A stretch of DNA of 49,500 bases, filler included, from Bipalium vagum (lineage: Eukaryota): assembly GCA_037834085.1 (NCBI GenBank). It is 2 parts of 2 records of this genome, joined end to end, with 100 filler letters (N's around TTAATTAATTAA, not from the genome) between each part and the next. Parts side by side here need not be neighbours in the genome. Positions count along the whole stretch, not along the records: positions 23,090 to 49,500 come from JBBMKC010149285.1; 1 more part is not named here. One strand, 5' to 3'. Shown piece by piece: positions 27,301 through 38,876 of this stretch (the first letter of the stretch is position 1; each line of letters opens with the position of its first letter). The position numbers were made by a program, and so were the translations under genes. The notes beneath the pieces are model-generated. The model did not search any database, was not told where the DNA came from, and worked only from the letters and a program-made list of their open reading frames with translations.

Positions 27301-29433
27301 GATTCGTTCCTAATTTATATTGAACTAAATCAACCCATCTAAACTACAGAAACATTTATGTAATGAAACATTCACAAAAACAACAATCATGGGTCACAAT
27401 TTATGTTCATCGTAAATGGATATTACCACTTGTCTTCGTCATCTCTTCCCTATTCCTCTTAGCTCTGGCAGGATCAAGTTCTCTTTTCGATTTTTCGATT
27501 CTATCCTATCTCTAATTTATATCTTGAGCCGTTATCTTGAATCTTAATATCACCAGCTTCTATTCTTTACTCTTTAGTGTGTTGTACATGAATATCCGCT
27601 AGAGAACTTACCATTCTTATTATTTTTCCCTTCTTATTAATTTTGATGCTTTTTTTCTCTCACTTGATGATCCTCCTAATAATTTAATGTCTTCCGTGAA
27701 TACAATTGCATCTTCTTTCACCTCTTGTTTTTCCGTTTTGTTAAATGTTACGGGTATTTCCTATGAAATAGTCTCATTATTGGTCTTTCCGGTGAAATCC
27801 GTCCTCACCACCGATACTCCTTTCCGAACAATATGTTCAATAAGTTTCTCAAACGATACTTACTTTTTGTCCCATGACTCCGCATACGAATAAGAATTCA
27901 GAAATTTCCTACTTTTTCTTATTACCTTATTATATTACGAAAGTTTTCATATTAATATAAAGCGTAACAATAAAGTTACTTGTAAAAGTAAAAATTCTTA
28001 ATTTTGTTAGACAAATTGGTTGATTATAACGAATAGTTTATTATATGAATAGTGACTATAACTGAAGTAATACGCCAGAAAAAAAATTAAAATTTGGGAC
28101 TTCACAAACTGTTGATTATACTCGTTACTTATATACGAAATGATTAAACAGAGAGTAGGCCGTATATTATAATATTTTGATGTTAATAAATTGTTCATCC
28201 TTTCTTCCTTTTATATGTTAATATGGTTATATTTTCTAAATCCAGCTTGTATCCAAAAACTATCATATATGATCGTCAACTAAATAAAAGCCAGATAAAC
28301 ATTATCATCAATATTCAAAAGCTTAGAGACTATAATTACCCAGAGTAATTAGAATTACTAGAATTCATCAAACTGGTCGATTATGTAACATATCTAGAAT
28401 GTGTTGACACTGAAAAATGAAAAAACAATACTATAAAGGAAATTTCCGAAATAACGCTTTATAAAATTATAGTTAAATAATTTGTAAGTGGAAAAATATA
28501 TAGTATTCATTTTTTTTGTAATGTACAGTCTCCATAATCAAATGAAGAGAAGCACTTTTAAATAATAATAATTTTCGTGTCAAAAAATATATATATCAAT
28601 AATTTATTAATGGATTCTAAATTAGTTTTGATGAATGGGATATCGAAATTATAAGATATTTTAATTCGGAGATTTCTATGATTCTTTACCTATAAGATAA
28701 ATAAATTAAATTATAATTTTAATTAAATAATAATAAAATTATGGGAAACAGAAGCTTCGTAGAAATGAGTACCGAATTACTTGTTTTCAGAAATAAAATA
28801 AGATCAATACTAAAATTATTTATTGGATAATAGTCTTAAAAAGTGATGAGAAATGAGTAGACATTTCTGAGAATCTAATCAATATTAAATGATTATTTTT
28901 CTATAAATACACAGTTCTAATTTATAAATTCTCGAGATTGACATAGGCATCAAATTTTAAATACAAAATTTAAAATTAATATTATTTTTAACTCATTACC
29001 CTTAAATAAAGGACTTATAATCCAGCAAGATATAGGACCAAGACTTGAAAATTGACCCAAGGCAAACTCCAGAAAGAAAATTGGTAGTCCCACACAGACA
29101 AGCATCAAACAATATGGAACCAAAAATGCTCCTAAAATGAAAAAAATTTAATGAATTCATTAAGGAATAATTTTTTATAAAAGAATTACTAACTGTTTTT
29201 TAAATAATCTTGGATAGTTAAATGATAATTGTTATTATTTTTTATATTACAGACTTACCACCACCATTTTTATAAACTAGATAGGGAAAACGCCACACAT
29301 TCCCAAGACCAACAGCAAAGCTTATACAGGTAAAAATAAAGTCGATTTTGCCACCCCATTCTCCTCTTTCAAGTTTTTGACGGTCATATGTTATCTTAAA
29401 AACTTCACCTTCTGATCCCAACATTTCAAACAT
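24086..29433 (-). CDS. SLC6: SLC6 Na+/Cl- dependent transporter, amino-acid branch (proline/glycine transporter-like), 5' part; coding exons 29259-29433, 29000-29131, 24086-24311; 3' exons absent
   Basis: The spliced protein [38 protein letters not shown]|[44 protein letters not shown]|VGYGM...YYNVIIA...[11 protein letters not shown]...SPTEQYY is the SNF family signature. GT-AG junctions are in phase. Confidence 0.95.
26640..27034 (-). mobile_element. Mariner relic (5' end)
   Basis: Minus strand [13 protein letters not shown]; TIR-like CATAACATGTGGGACATCCTAATA at ~27012-27035. Confidence 0.55.
29000..29131 (-). CDS. SLC6: SLC6 coding exon 2 (TM2)
   Basis: ttttag|GA GCA TTT TTG GTT CCA TAT ... 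TTT AAG G|gtaatg; 132 bp, phase 1-1. Confidence 0.93.
29259..29433 (-). CDS. SLC6: SLC6 coding exon 1 (TM1)
   Basis: ATG at 29433 (an acceptor at 29443 with open frame means the true start could be upstream); donor G|gtaagt at 29258. Confidence 0.9.
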
Positions 29434-30679
29434 TTCAGTATACTAAAACATGAATGAATACTATACATGAAGAATGTATTTTGCTTATGCAAAGTTAAAT
29501 ATTTATTTATTTATTATTTAAAATATTTATTTAAAATATTATTTTTGTTTAACACCCATAATAAATAATAACGTTATATTTTTACTTAAATTATTACCAC
29601 TACAATCGTAAAGCATGTGAACAAGTGGGATTGAGTTTATTCTTATTGGAAGTTACTGAGATATAAAAAAGTTTATTTAATTGTTAAAATCTAAAAATTT
29701 ACCAATTAGAGGCTATAAAAATAATTTGGATAGTTATCTTGAATGTCAAAATAATATTTTTCTTCTCTAACTACCATTAACACAATGTAAATATTATCAT
29801 CTTTTTGATTCATTTTATTTGAAAAGCGGAAAAAAATATTAAAAACTTATTTTCCATATGTAATTTTGAAAATAAACATACCGGCTCTTTTTGCAATAAA
29901 ATTCGATCACTAAGTGTAATATGTTGAAGAGGACGACTATCGATAACGATTTTCTGTTGATCTTGTTGCTTGGGTATAGATCCTTTAGTATTAAGTTCCA
30001 TGTTTATGTTTGAACACAATTTCAAATTCAACTATATCAAAGACGCAATTTGTAAAATTAAGTACGAAAATAAAAAATTGATTATTTCTATTGAATTTAT
30101 ATCAAAATATTTCATAATTGTATCGTTTTTATTGGTTGTTGTAACTATGTTGAAAGTGTGTATCTGATTTGACGAGAAAATATTTGCCCAGAGGAAGAAT
30201 AGCAATCTATCCAAACGTGAATGTTTAGTAATAAATCGAAACTCACAAGATGAATGCAATCCAGATAGATTTATTTAGGAAATGTATATTATATTTTCCT
30301 TTTTCTTATATGGATGAATAGAAATGCTGAATTCCTGGAGTGTAATTATTTGAAATTTGATATCAATTTAAAATTATAGTTTTTGTTAAACTACTTACAG
30401 TTTTATACTGAAAGCATTACAAATATTGATTGAATTTTTCAGTTTTAATGAATATTACGATAGATTTTCAGATATTCATTTATTAAAATAATATTAAATA
30501 AAATAAGGTAAATGTTAATATTCATGGGGTCTACAAATTGAAAAGGTGCATATTTTAAATAACATTACATCAAGAGATTTATTTTATAAATATATATATT
30601 TCTACAATATTTAATTAAAAGTCATTCTGTGAAATAATCTCTATTATTGTCGAAGTATTTTAACCATTTTTCAAGTAGA

Positions 30680-31100
30680 TGGTGAATACCTGTCTTTTAA
30701 AAATTGCGATTTTGATTCAATGTAATTTGAGATCGATTTTTTTATATCTTCAATCTTTTTAAACTAAGAATCAGCCATATAATGTTGAAGATACATGAAT
30801 AAATAATAATCTGATGGGGTCATGTCAGGTGAGTAAGCCCCATATGCGAGAAATTCCCAGCCTAAAGAGGTTAGATGGTCCATTGTTGTCTTTGACATGT
30901 GTGGTCGGGCATTATCATGCAGAAGAATTACAGGCCTAGTTCCAGCACTATTAAATAGCCTATTTTTTCAATCGTCTCTTTCGGGTGACTCAATTGGATT
31001 TTGTACGTTTCCGATATGATTGTATCTCCTATTTTCATGAAATCATAGTACGCTACTCCCAGGTAGTCCCACCAAATGCAAAGTAAAAGTTTTTTTATTA
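30680..31100 (-). mobile_element. Mariner (DD34D) relic, catalytic region
   Basis: Minus strand LLHDNARPH ... LGWEF ... YSPDMTPSDYYLF. Confidence 0.8.
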
Positions 31101-32069
31101 TTTTAATTATTTTTTTACTTCAAGACTGTCTGATCGATGAACAAAGCCCGGTTGGAAAATATTTAGCACAATACTTCATTTAAATTGAGAACTCAACAGT
31201 TAGTATATTATGTGGAATTTATTTCTAACTGTCTACCACTGGTTTATTATAAAAAAATAAGCAATTGTTGGAGTAGGAGTCAAAAAGAAAGAAAACATAA
31301 CTTGCATCGCTTTGATGAAAACTTTCATTATAATCAATTTATTAGTCAATAATCAATTCAAGGAATTCAAATTTAAGAAATCCATGAAAAATTTACATTA
31401 TTGTGGGATTATGGAAAAGCAGTTACATTTACATTTTATCTTTACATTGGTGTACAATTAAAAACTTTTTGTGTGATTTACATTTTCTGATAATAATTTT
31501 TTTTAAATAATAATAATTAAATAAATAAAATAATTGAGTTAGAAGCTCCCAACCTAAAACAAACAATAAACAAAAATAGAATAAACATTCAAAACCTTGC
31601 ATTATGGACAACCGGATGATAAGGTCTTGTGACCTAAAAAATAATTTAAGATAAAAAAAATAAAATGACTTTACAAATTTTAAAAGTTGAAATAAAACAA
31701 ATTAACCTTACAAATATTTTTAAATATTAAAAATCAATTGGTTAAAAAATATTATTACAAAATATATTTATTACAAAATATAAAATATAAAGAAATGATA
31801 TAATAGAAAAGAATATAAATAAAAAATAACATCATATAATAAATATAGAAATGACGTCTATAATAAATATAGGCATAACGTCAATAGGAATAACATCAAA
31901 ATGCACAGAGCACATGGTGAACAAAGGTACGGGTTTCCGTGAAGGCTCTCCGATCCAGAAGTATAGAATGTGAATTCTTTATTTTTGAGGAGGAGATTAA
32001 GCTAAAAGTAACAATTAAGTTGACTAACGGTGAGTCGACGAGTTATTTTTTCGGAAATAAGAATATAGA

Positions 32070-32639
32070 TAATACCAAGGGCTTGGTATACATTACTTCA
32101 ATAGGTGGATGAGTCACGTGGGCCAAGGTCGGGTTTTGGGTTGTTCCTCAATGAGTGTTCGATCCAATAAAATCATGATGAAAAATACACTGCCTGCAGC
32201 GCATTGATTCTTCTTGATTAAATCCCGGAGCAACAATATAGCACTAAAATATCGTCCTCTAAACATTGTGAGCGGGAGAGATATCCACTGTAGGCTCTGC
32301 AAAACTACGATGTAAGCACAAGCCCGTGTGCTAAATCATTGCCACGCCCGGCCACACCAACCAAAAGCGAAACACAATCACGTAACGCTGCTGTTCAACT
32401 TTCTAAAGGACTCGGGATTGGACGTAGATATGGATGTATATCCACATGAGGTGAAAACCACACTACGACCAGACTTAATTTTCAGATCCAATTACAAGAA
32501 AGTTATAAGTCTCATCGACCTCATAGTGCCATATGATGAGCGTAGTAACTTCTCTGAAGGTCGTAAAAGAAACCAGAAGAAATATGAGGGACTCACTAAG
32601 CAAATAGCACTTAATTGTAAACAAAACCTATATAAGTAA
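32070..32639 (+). mobile_element. RLE-type (R2/R4/NeSL-like) non-LTR retrotransposon, 3' ORF relic
   Basis: One frame reads ...HVGQGRVL...FFLIKSRSNN...CRLCKTTM*AQARVLNHC (degenerate CCHC knuckle) ... KHN ... LRPDLIF ... LIDLIVPYD ... KRNQKKY, the PD-(D/E)xK restriction-like endonuclease; internal stops. Confidence 0.8.
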
Positions 32640-33244
32640 AACATAAACTAATTATTTTTTTTAATCTTAATAATAACTTTCGGAATCAAAAAACCTCTAC
32701 CTTTTAACAGAATTAAGTAAAACCTTAATTTTCTAATTTAAAAAGTTTTTTACTCTTATCAATAACTAAAAAACTTCAAAATACTAACCTAATGTCTCTC
32801 ATATACTTTATAAGTATATATTTAACTATTTTAATTTACTCTTTAACTATTTTAAATTTTTATATTACCTTTAAATATAATTACAAAATTATCAAGGCTG
32901 ATGATAATTTTGTGCCGAGATCACTATACATGAGAAGTTTGACATCCCAAGAATCATGTGACGAGAACAAAAATGACAAAAAGAACAAACCGAAGATGGG
33001 GAAATAATCCAAAATCCGCTGCTCACGGTATATTGGAGGAATTATTTTTTCCTAGGAATGTTCTTTATCCCTAATACTTGTCGCCCGAGTAGCCTGAAAT
33101 ACTACAGCTCAATAGTAGGAGGACAAAAAGACTGATAAGTATTAGGAAATATTGTGTTTTAAGATTTGTAGTTTTGTTAAAGATGTTGGGTTTATCCAAG
33201 ACACCCCCGGGGAAAAATAAATAAGACAAACCGTAAATAGAGTA

Positions 33245-33270
33245 TAAATAATAATAATAATAATAATAAA

Positions 33271-33301
<31 letters not shown>

Positions 33302-33325
33302 ATATTAATATTAATAATTAAATTA
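33245..33325 (+). repeat. (AAT)n/(ATT)n microsatellite
   Basis: Direct reading. Confidence 0.9.
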
Positions 33326-33572
33326 ATTAACACTTGAAAAGCAATTAAAATTTTACAGATATTTTTAGTTTGAACATACTTAGAAAATAAAATAACCCTC
33401 TAAAAGTAATTTTATTTTTAAAGAAGTCCAAAAGAGGGAATTTCAAATATTAATGGTCATCAGAATATAATTTTTCAGGGAATTTTAGAGTTTTAATAAA
33501 ATTTTAAGAATTTAAGATTAATTTTGAGATAATAATAAAAATAATCTCCAGATAATCAGTTTCAGAAAAGTA

Positions 33573-34600
33573 TGTAAGCAAAGAGATTCTACCATAATTT
33601 CACCCCTCAGAGAACGTACAGAATAATTGGAAGAGATTATTTGAATTTGAAAAAGGAAGATATTATTTGATTTTGAAAAGGAAGATATTATTTGATATCG
33701 ATAAAAGAAGATATTATTTGATACTGAAAAAGGAAGATATTATATTATTTGATAAAAAGAAGAATATTTGAGATCAATCATCGACAAAGGATTATTATTA
33801 AAGGAAAACTCTTCGTCACAAGAAGAAGCCCATTGAAAACCATTGGAATCAAGTATTTTAGTGAATTATGCTTAAAATTCCCCACCAGAGGGTTATCGGT
33901 GAGCAACCGCTAGGGCTCAGACGATAACTCGGGAGTTTTAACCGAAGACAAACCGTAAGCTCGTTCTATTTACCTTCTTTTGTTAAAGTATTTATTAAAG
34001 TATTATTTTGCTTTTAATCGTATTTTTAATAATTGATTAACCCTTGATTATATTTAATTTAATACTACAGTTGACCCAGTTAGACTAAATTTGACTATTG
34101 TTAGTAGTGATTAATTATATATTTAATTCATTCTTTATTGTTGTGTTGTGATAAGATAGTGTGAGATTGGTGTAACATTTCAGACAGTAGTTGTGATCCC
34201 AGACTCTTGCAATATTCCGTGTATTTTATTTTGTGTTTGTATAAATACAAGTGTTGCTTTACTGATCGTTTTTATTTGCACCACCTAAGATTGGGAGTCA
34301 GGTTTAGATTTGATACACTAAATAGTGAACAAAGACATTGAAAAGGAGTTTTTTATGGTCGAGAGTTTTGTAATTTTATGATATAGGATTATTTTATAAT
34401 TTTTCTGAGGGGGTAATTCCTAAGATCCCTACACTTTGTCAACACCCTTTGTGAACTCCGAGAAAGAATTCACAGGTCTTTTTGTGTTCTGTGATATATT
34501 TTTGACGTAAGGCATAGGGTTTTCTCCCTGAATAAACGAATGGGTGATGTGTGGGGTGAGTTAAGAAATACACCCTCTAGACTCAGTTAAGTTTGTTTAT
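33573..34600 (+). mobile_element. LTR-like segment (tandem repeats, hairpin, GT-rich tail); boundaries uncertain
   Basis: Starts with TGTAAG, then a ~26-bp tandem array, a 70-nt hairpin, a splice-donor-like GTAAGC and T/G-rich sequence. No gag/pol, clear PBS or TSD seen. Confidence 0.3.
33649..33770 (+). repeat. Minisatellite, ~5 imperfect copies of a ~25-28 bp unit with core AAAAGGAAGATATTATTTGAT
   Basis: Direct reading of the repeated units. Confidence 0.85.
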
Positions 34601-35781
34601 TGTGCTTGTGTTTATATTTTTCTTGGGTATTGATGTGTGAAGGAAGAACAGCGCAGTCGAAGACTGGCGTAAAAGGTAAATATATTCTTGTTTTATGTTA
34701 AGCGCTACCTGCCCAGCTGATGAAGGGTAACAAAAATACAAAAAAATGTGGCCACAACAAACATCATTTATGAAAAAGAAAATCGTAAAAAAATCTGTCA
34801 ATTAGAAACGGAAACAAAAAGAACTTCAGCAAAGTGTTAATTAAAATAAATGTTGCTTTTTTTAAATGAGTTTAGAAAATAGTATAAATGGGTAGCTGAA
34901 AATCATAATATCGAGTTTTCAAAAACTTGAATAATTCGTTTATAACAACTAATATTTTAAATTTAGAAAATGTTTATATAGTTAAAAGAAACTAAAAATA
35001 TTCAAAGCTTCAAATTTAAGTTTATAACTCTAAGAATAAATAGATTAAAAATTGTAAGTGAATTATTACATTTATAAATTCTAAATAATTTAATTTAGCA
35101 GAACATAAATATAACATCTTGTTTCAGCTTTTTTTTTAATTAAAAATTCCAGATTCTTCTATTTGTTTTTCTTTTCCGGCATTTACGATTTTAAATGCTA
35201 TATAATATTAAATAATCTTTAAATAAGTTATTTGAATTATTTAGTTTTAATGTAAATAAACGAAAAACAAAACTTTCTGAACAACCTAATAATTCCCATA
35301 TTTATAAGAGACAATGTATAACTTTTGCCAAAGACAATAAGACCTTGTCATTTCTGAAACAGAATCAGTAAACCAAAACAATGAAAATATATAGATTTAT
35401 TTAGAGTTTTAAGAATTAATGAGTTAAATGGCTACTAATTATTTCGTAGGCTAGAATGGTTGTGTTTACAAGGATGCAAAATTTCTGGACATTTAGTAAT
35501 TATTAATGAGTGATATTTTTTTGGACAATCTCAATATATTTTCTTTTTTCAGTCTTTTAATAATACAGATGTATGGAATTTGCAGACCATATACTTTTAG
35601 CTCTACTAACATACAATTGATTCAGGTTCAGTCTCCAAAGATTTATCTGAATCATATTCTTTGACTTCCTCAATATTTGTTTCTTTTTCAGCATCTGATG
35701 AAACATAAGTTTCTTCGATATTAGATCTTATTTCTGTTAATGATAACTATAATTAAAGTTAAATATGCAAACAAATATATA

Positions 35782-36640
35782 CGGGGTGGTCAAAAAGTTA
35801 GTATACAGTTACGTTTAAAATAAATTTATTTACAAAAACGTGTATAAAACTATTTACAGATGATTTCCTAACACAAAACATACACAGATTAATGTTTAAC
35901 ACAGTTTTATCAACGTGTATCTTCAAATTGCTTGCCCTCTGCTTTTATCATTCTTATAAATCTGGAGGGCACACTTCAAAAAATCTTTCCATAAATCTTT
36001 GTTTGCAACAATATCACGTAATGCTTCAGAAATGAAAAGTTTGAGATGAGAAAGGGTTTCTTTGCATACACTAGATTTTTTACAATTCCCCAAACGCTGA
36101 AGTCCATTGGAGTCAAACCTGGAGAACAAAGATGGAGTTATATGGGACCATGACGTCCAATCCACTTTGTTTAAAGATTTCATCCAGATAATTCCTAACA
36201 GCCTATGCAAAATGCGGAGGAACACCATCCTGTTGAAGAAAAAGTGTTTCAAAGTCATCACGTAATTGTAACTGCAGTAATTGCAATCGTATTTCTCAAA
36301 GCTTTCAGGTAAATAGTATCAACTACTGCCCATTCAAAGAAAATAGGTCGTATAATTTCAGATGAAGTAATACAAGTCCAAACCGTGATGTCTGGTTGGT
36401 TTAACTGACACTGGATAGTTATCTGAGGGTTTTCTGAACTCCAATAGACCGAATTATGACGGTTAGTGCCATTCACTAAGCTTAAATTGAGCCTCATCAG
36501 ACCAGATTATTTGGTGTAAAATTTCATGATGGTCCATAGCTTCGCTAGTAAAGATTTCCGCAAATTGCAATCGACGATCAGGATTCTCTTCTAGGAGTCC
36601 ATGTAGAAGACGTGGTCTGTGCGGTTTCATTTTCTAGCTT
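35782..36640 (-). mobile_element. Degenerate Tc1/mariner transposon of rosa (DD41D)-like type
   Basis: TA|CGGGGTGGTCAAAAAG TIR-like end. Minus-strand motifs IWSDEAQF, NRHNSVYWSSENP, LQQDGVPPH, LTPMDFSVWGIVK. Indels prevent an exact spacing count. Confidence 0.8.
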
Positions 36641-36968
36641 TGCCAAAGAAATGGTAAGACATTGTCAACCAATGTGGTGCATATGTAATTTAATAAAGTT
36701 CTAAAATTATCTTAGTACTCTTACGTTTTTCATATTGCAAAAATCGGCGGAAACGTTTCAGACAATCCAATATATTTATTATAATTTTACTATTTTTAAC
36801 TAAACTTATTGTTATGAAAATAGGAAAAATTATAAAATTTAATTATTTGCATTCATTTATTTTTTATAAACATTTATTTCATAAATTCTAATCTTAATGC
36901 ATTCCTAATTGTTATTCATTTTTTCCAGAAAGAATGTAGAAAAAGTTGCTATTGAATAATGAAAATTT

Positions 36969-38876
36969 TTAGGCTAATTGAGGAGTAAGACACCAGTGCA
37001 TACTGTAATCAAGGGATCTTACACATTTCCGTAAATTTTCAGTATTAGGAGCAGCTAATATAATTATATTCTTCAAAAATCCACACTTAGGTACCTTAGA
37101 ATAAATCTCAATATCACAATTATGACGATCACAAATGGCTTTTATTCGCCTATCAGATGGATCACGCAATATTTGCTCAATATTGGCACTCTCCGGAACA
37201 TAAAATTTATGTTTAATAACTTTCATGGTGCAGTATTTCGCTCTTACGGTATTGCGACTACATGACTGGTTTGTTTCTTTAGCATTCGTTATTTTATTTG
37301 ATTTACATCGATCAAATGAAACTGTTCTTTTTATTTTATTATTTTCATTGGGTGTAACGCAGACTTTGTCGCTTAAGCTGGAATTCCTAGCGGTTTTTTT
37401 AGTTTTTTTAGAATCGTAATTGATGGAATAAGGAAAATTGTTTCTTGTCGGCGATTTTGGAACTTGGTTATCAATCGAATGAGGTGAATATTCAGGAGTC
37501 AATTGACAGATATTTGCCGGATTATCAGTTCGTTCATTCTGGTTTTGTTGAAAAGAATTTAATAATGATATTGGAGGAATGTCTTCATTACTTATTAAAC
37601 TCGTGTTTTTACCCATTCGTGAATGTTTCATTAAAAATTTTTGTTTCTTACGCAATGCATTAAGATTATCCGATTCGGAAGACTTTGGTTGTTCATATTT
37701 TTTTAATTCTTCAGATCCTTTCATGAATGTTACAGTGGCTGCAGTACTTTTATTAATCCTTTCTGAAGCACATATACTGTTGTCATTAAAACCCTTATCG
37801 AGAGAATTAGATATAGATTTGGGCTTTCCGGACTGATTAGATTGCTGTAAAAATGCTTGGATAAAATTACTGTTTGGAATTTGATTTGTTCTTGATAATC
37901 TTTCATTATTGAGATTTTGTTTGTTCACATTATCATTACATTTTCTTTTCTCATTTTCCTCTCCATTGGTATCAGGTGTAATATCTCCACTATTTGACAC
38001 AAACATTGATTTATTATCTTTTATATTTCCAAAACTTGAATTAGAATCGCTACTTTGGTTTTCAGGCATTTCATTTGGTCCTTCAGTCAAAATACGAGAT
38101 TTTCCAGTCCCACTACGAATTAAACTATCTTTTATATTAGTTTTAAAGTCGCTTTGACGTGGTTGGCATATTGGATTAAAATTAAAATTATTACTAAATT
38201 TATAACTATTTTGATTTAGTGGTTCATTGTGCTTGTTACAGTTATCATTGTCTTCCATCTTTATGAGCTTCTCGTGTAAAGAATAATTTGATATGGTAGC
38301 TGACAAACTGTCAATATCATCTTCATAATATCTACGATTTTTTACATAATCATTACAAAAAGGCCTTCGAAAAAACTTAGAAGAATCTCTTAATTCCGGA
38401 GGTTCTTGAGTAATTGGAGTAAATACTTCTGGTTTCCTCTTAAATATTTCCACGTGTTTAAATGAATCGACACTGGCTTTTAATGGAACAATAGAATCAT
38501 TATCAGACGATCTAATTTCCTTATGAAAACGATCATTCAATGTTTCTCCTCGTTCTATAAAATGATTTTGTGAAAGATATCCTGAATAATCAACATGATT
38601 TTCAATAATATTTTTAATGGTTGCTTCACTACACTGCACGCCTCTAGACACTACAACATGTCTATGGGCTTGATATCCTGGATATCGTTTAAAGCAGCAT
38701 TGAGCATTTCCCATTAGGGTATCAACTACATTATTCTCCTCGCTAGGTCGTTCAACTGGAACGTTAAATAAATGTAAATTAGTTAATAAATCAGAATTTT
38801 CAGAAAAATCGTCAAAATTAGTGGCACTGTTTAGCTCTTGTATTTCTGCAAGAAAATCAACGGCATATTTAGGCAT
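36969..38876 (-). CDS. Uncharacterised 635-aa single-exon protein; N-terminal eIF4E-binding-like motif, N/S-rich low-complexity middle, C-terminal KH-like domain
   Basis: A 1.9-kb stop-free frame in strongly AT-rich DNA; first in-frame ATG at 38876. The C-terminal ~83 aa (HKFYVPESANIEQILRDPSDRRIKAICDRHNCDIEIY...IIILAAPNTENLRKCVRSL) follows the KH type-I beta-alpha-alpha-beta-beta-alpha hydrophobic pattern by eye. The product call is inference. Confidence 0.85.
   Translation of the reverse strand: MPKYAVDFLAEIQELNSATNFDDFSENSDLLTNLHLFNVPVERPSEENNVVDTLMGNAQCCFKRYPGYQAHRHVVVSRGVQCSEATIKNIIENHVDYSGYLSQNHFIERGETLNDRFHKEIRSSDNDSIVPLKASVDSFKHVEIFKRKPEVFTPITQEPPELRDSSKFFRRPFCNDYVKNRRYYEDDIDSLSATISNYSLHEKLIKMEDNDNCNKHNEPLNQNSYKFSNNFNFNPICQPRQSDFKTNIKDSLIRSGTGKSRILTEGPNEMPENQSSDSNSSFGNIKDNKSMFVSNSGDITPDTNGEENEKRKCNDNVNKQNLNNERLSRTNQIPNSNFIQAFLQQSNQSGKPKSISNSLDKGFNDNSICASERINKSTAATVTFMKGSEELKKYEQPKSSESDNLNALRKKQKFLMKHSRMGKNTSLISNEDIPPISLLNSFQQNQNERTDNPANICQLTPEYSPHSIDNQVPKSPTRNNFPYSINYDSKKTKKTARNSSLSDKVCVTPNENNKIKRTVSFDRCKSNKITNAKETNQSCSRNTVRAKYCTMKVIKHKFYVPESANIEQILRDPSDRRIKAICDRHNCDIEIYSKVPKCGFLKNIIILAAPNTENLRKCVRSLDYSMHWCLTPQLA

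Noticed and set aside
27380-28450. Possible gag-like relic plus LTR
   Set aside because: The purine-rich minus strand has no recognisable domain, PBS or TSD.
33649-33770. CRISPR-like array
   Set aside because: Units are contiguous imperfect tandem copies with only 2-5 variable nt and no unique spacers; the context is eukaryotic with no cas genes.
34500-34522. tRNA primer-binding site for the LTR-like segment
   Set aside because: TGACGTAAGGCATAGG only weakly resembles a TGG-starting PBS and is not preceded by a clear CA terminus.
34640-34735. CTGATGA plus small hairpins as a possible ribozyme
   Set aside because: No stem II followed by GAAA in any hammerhead permutation.
37225-38157. Four short plus-strand ORFs
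   Set aside because: Antisense to the 635-aa gene, with no independent protein signal.
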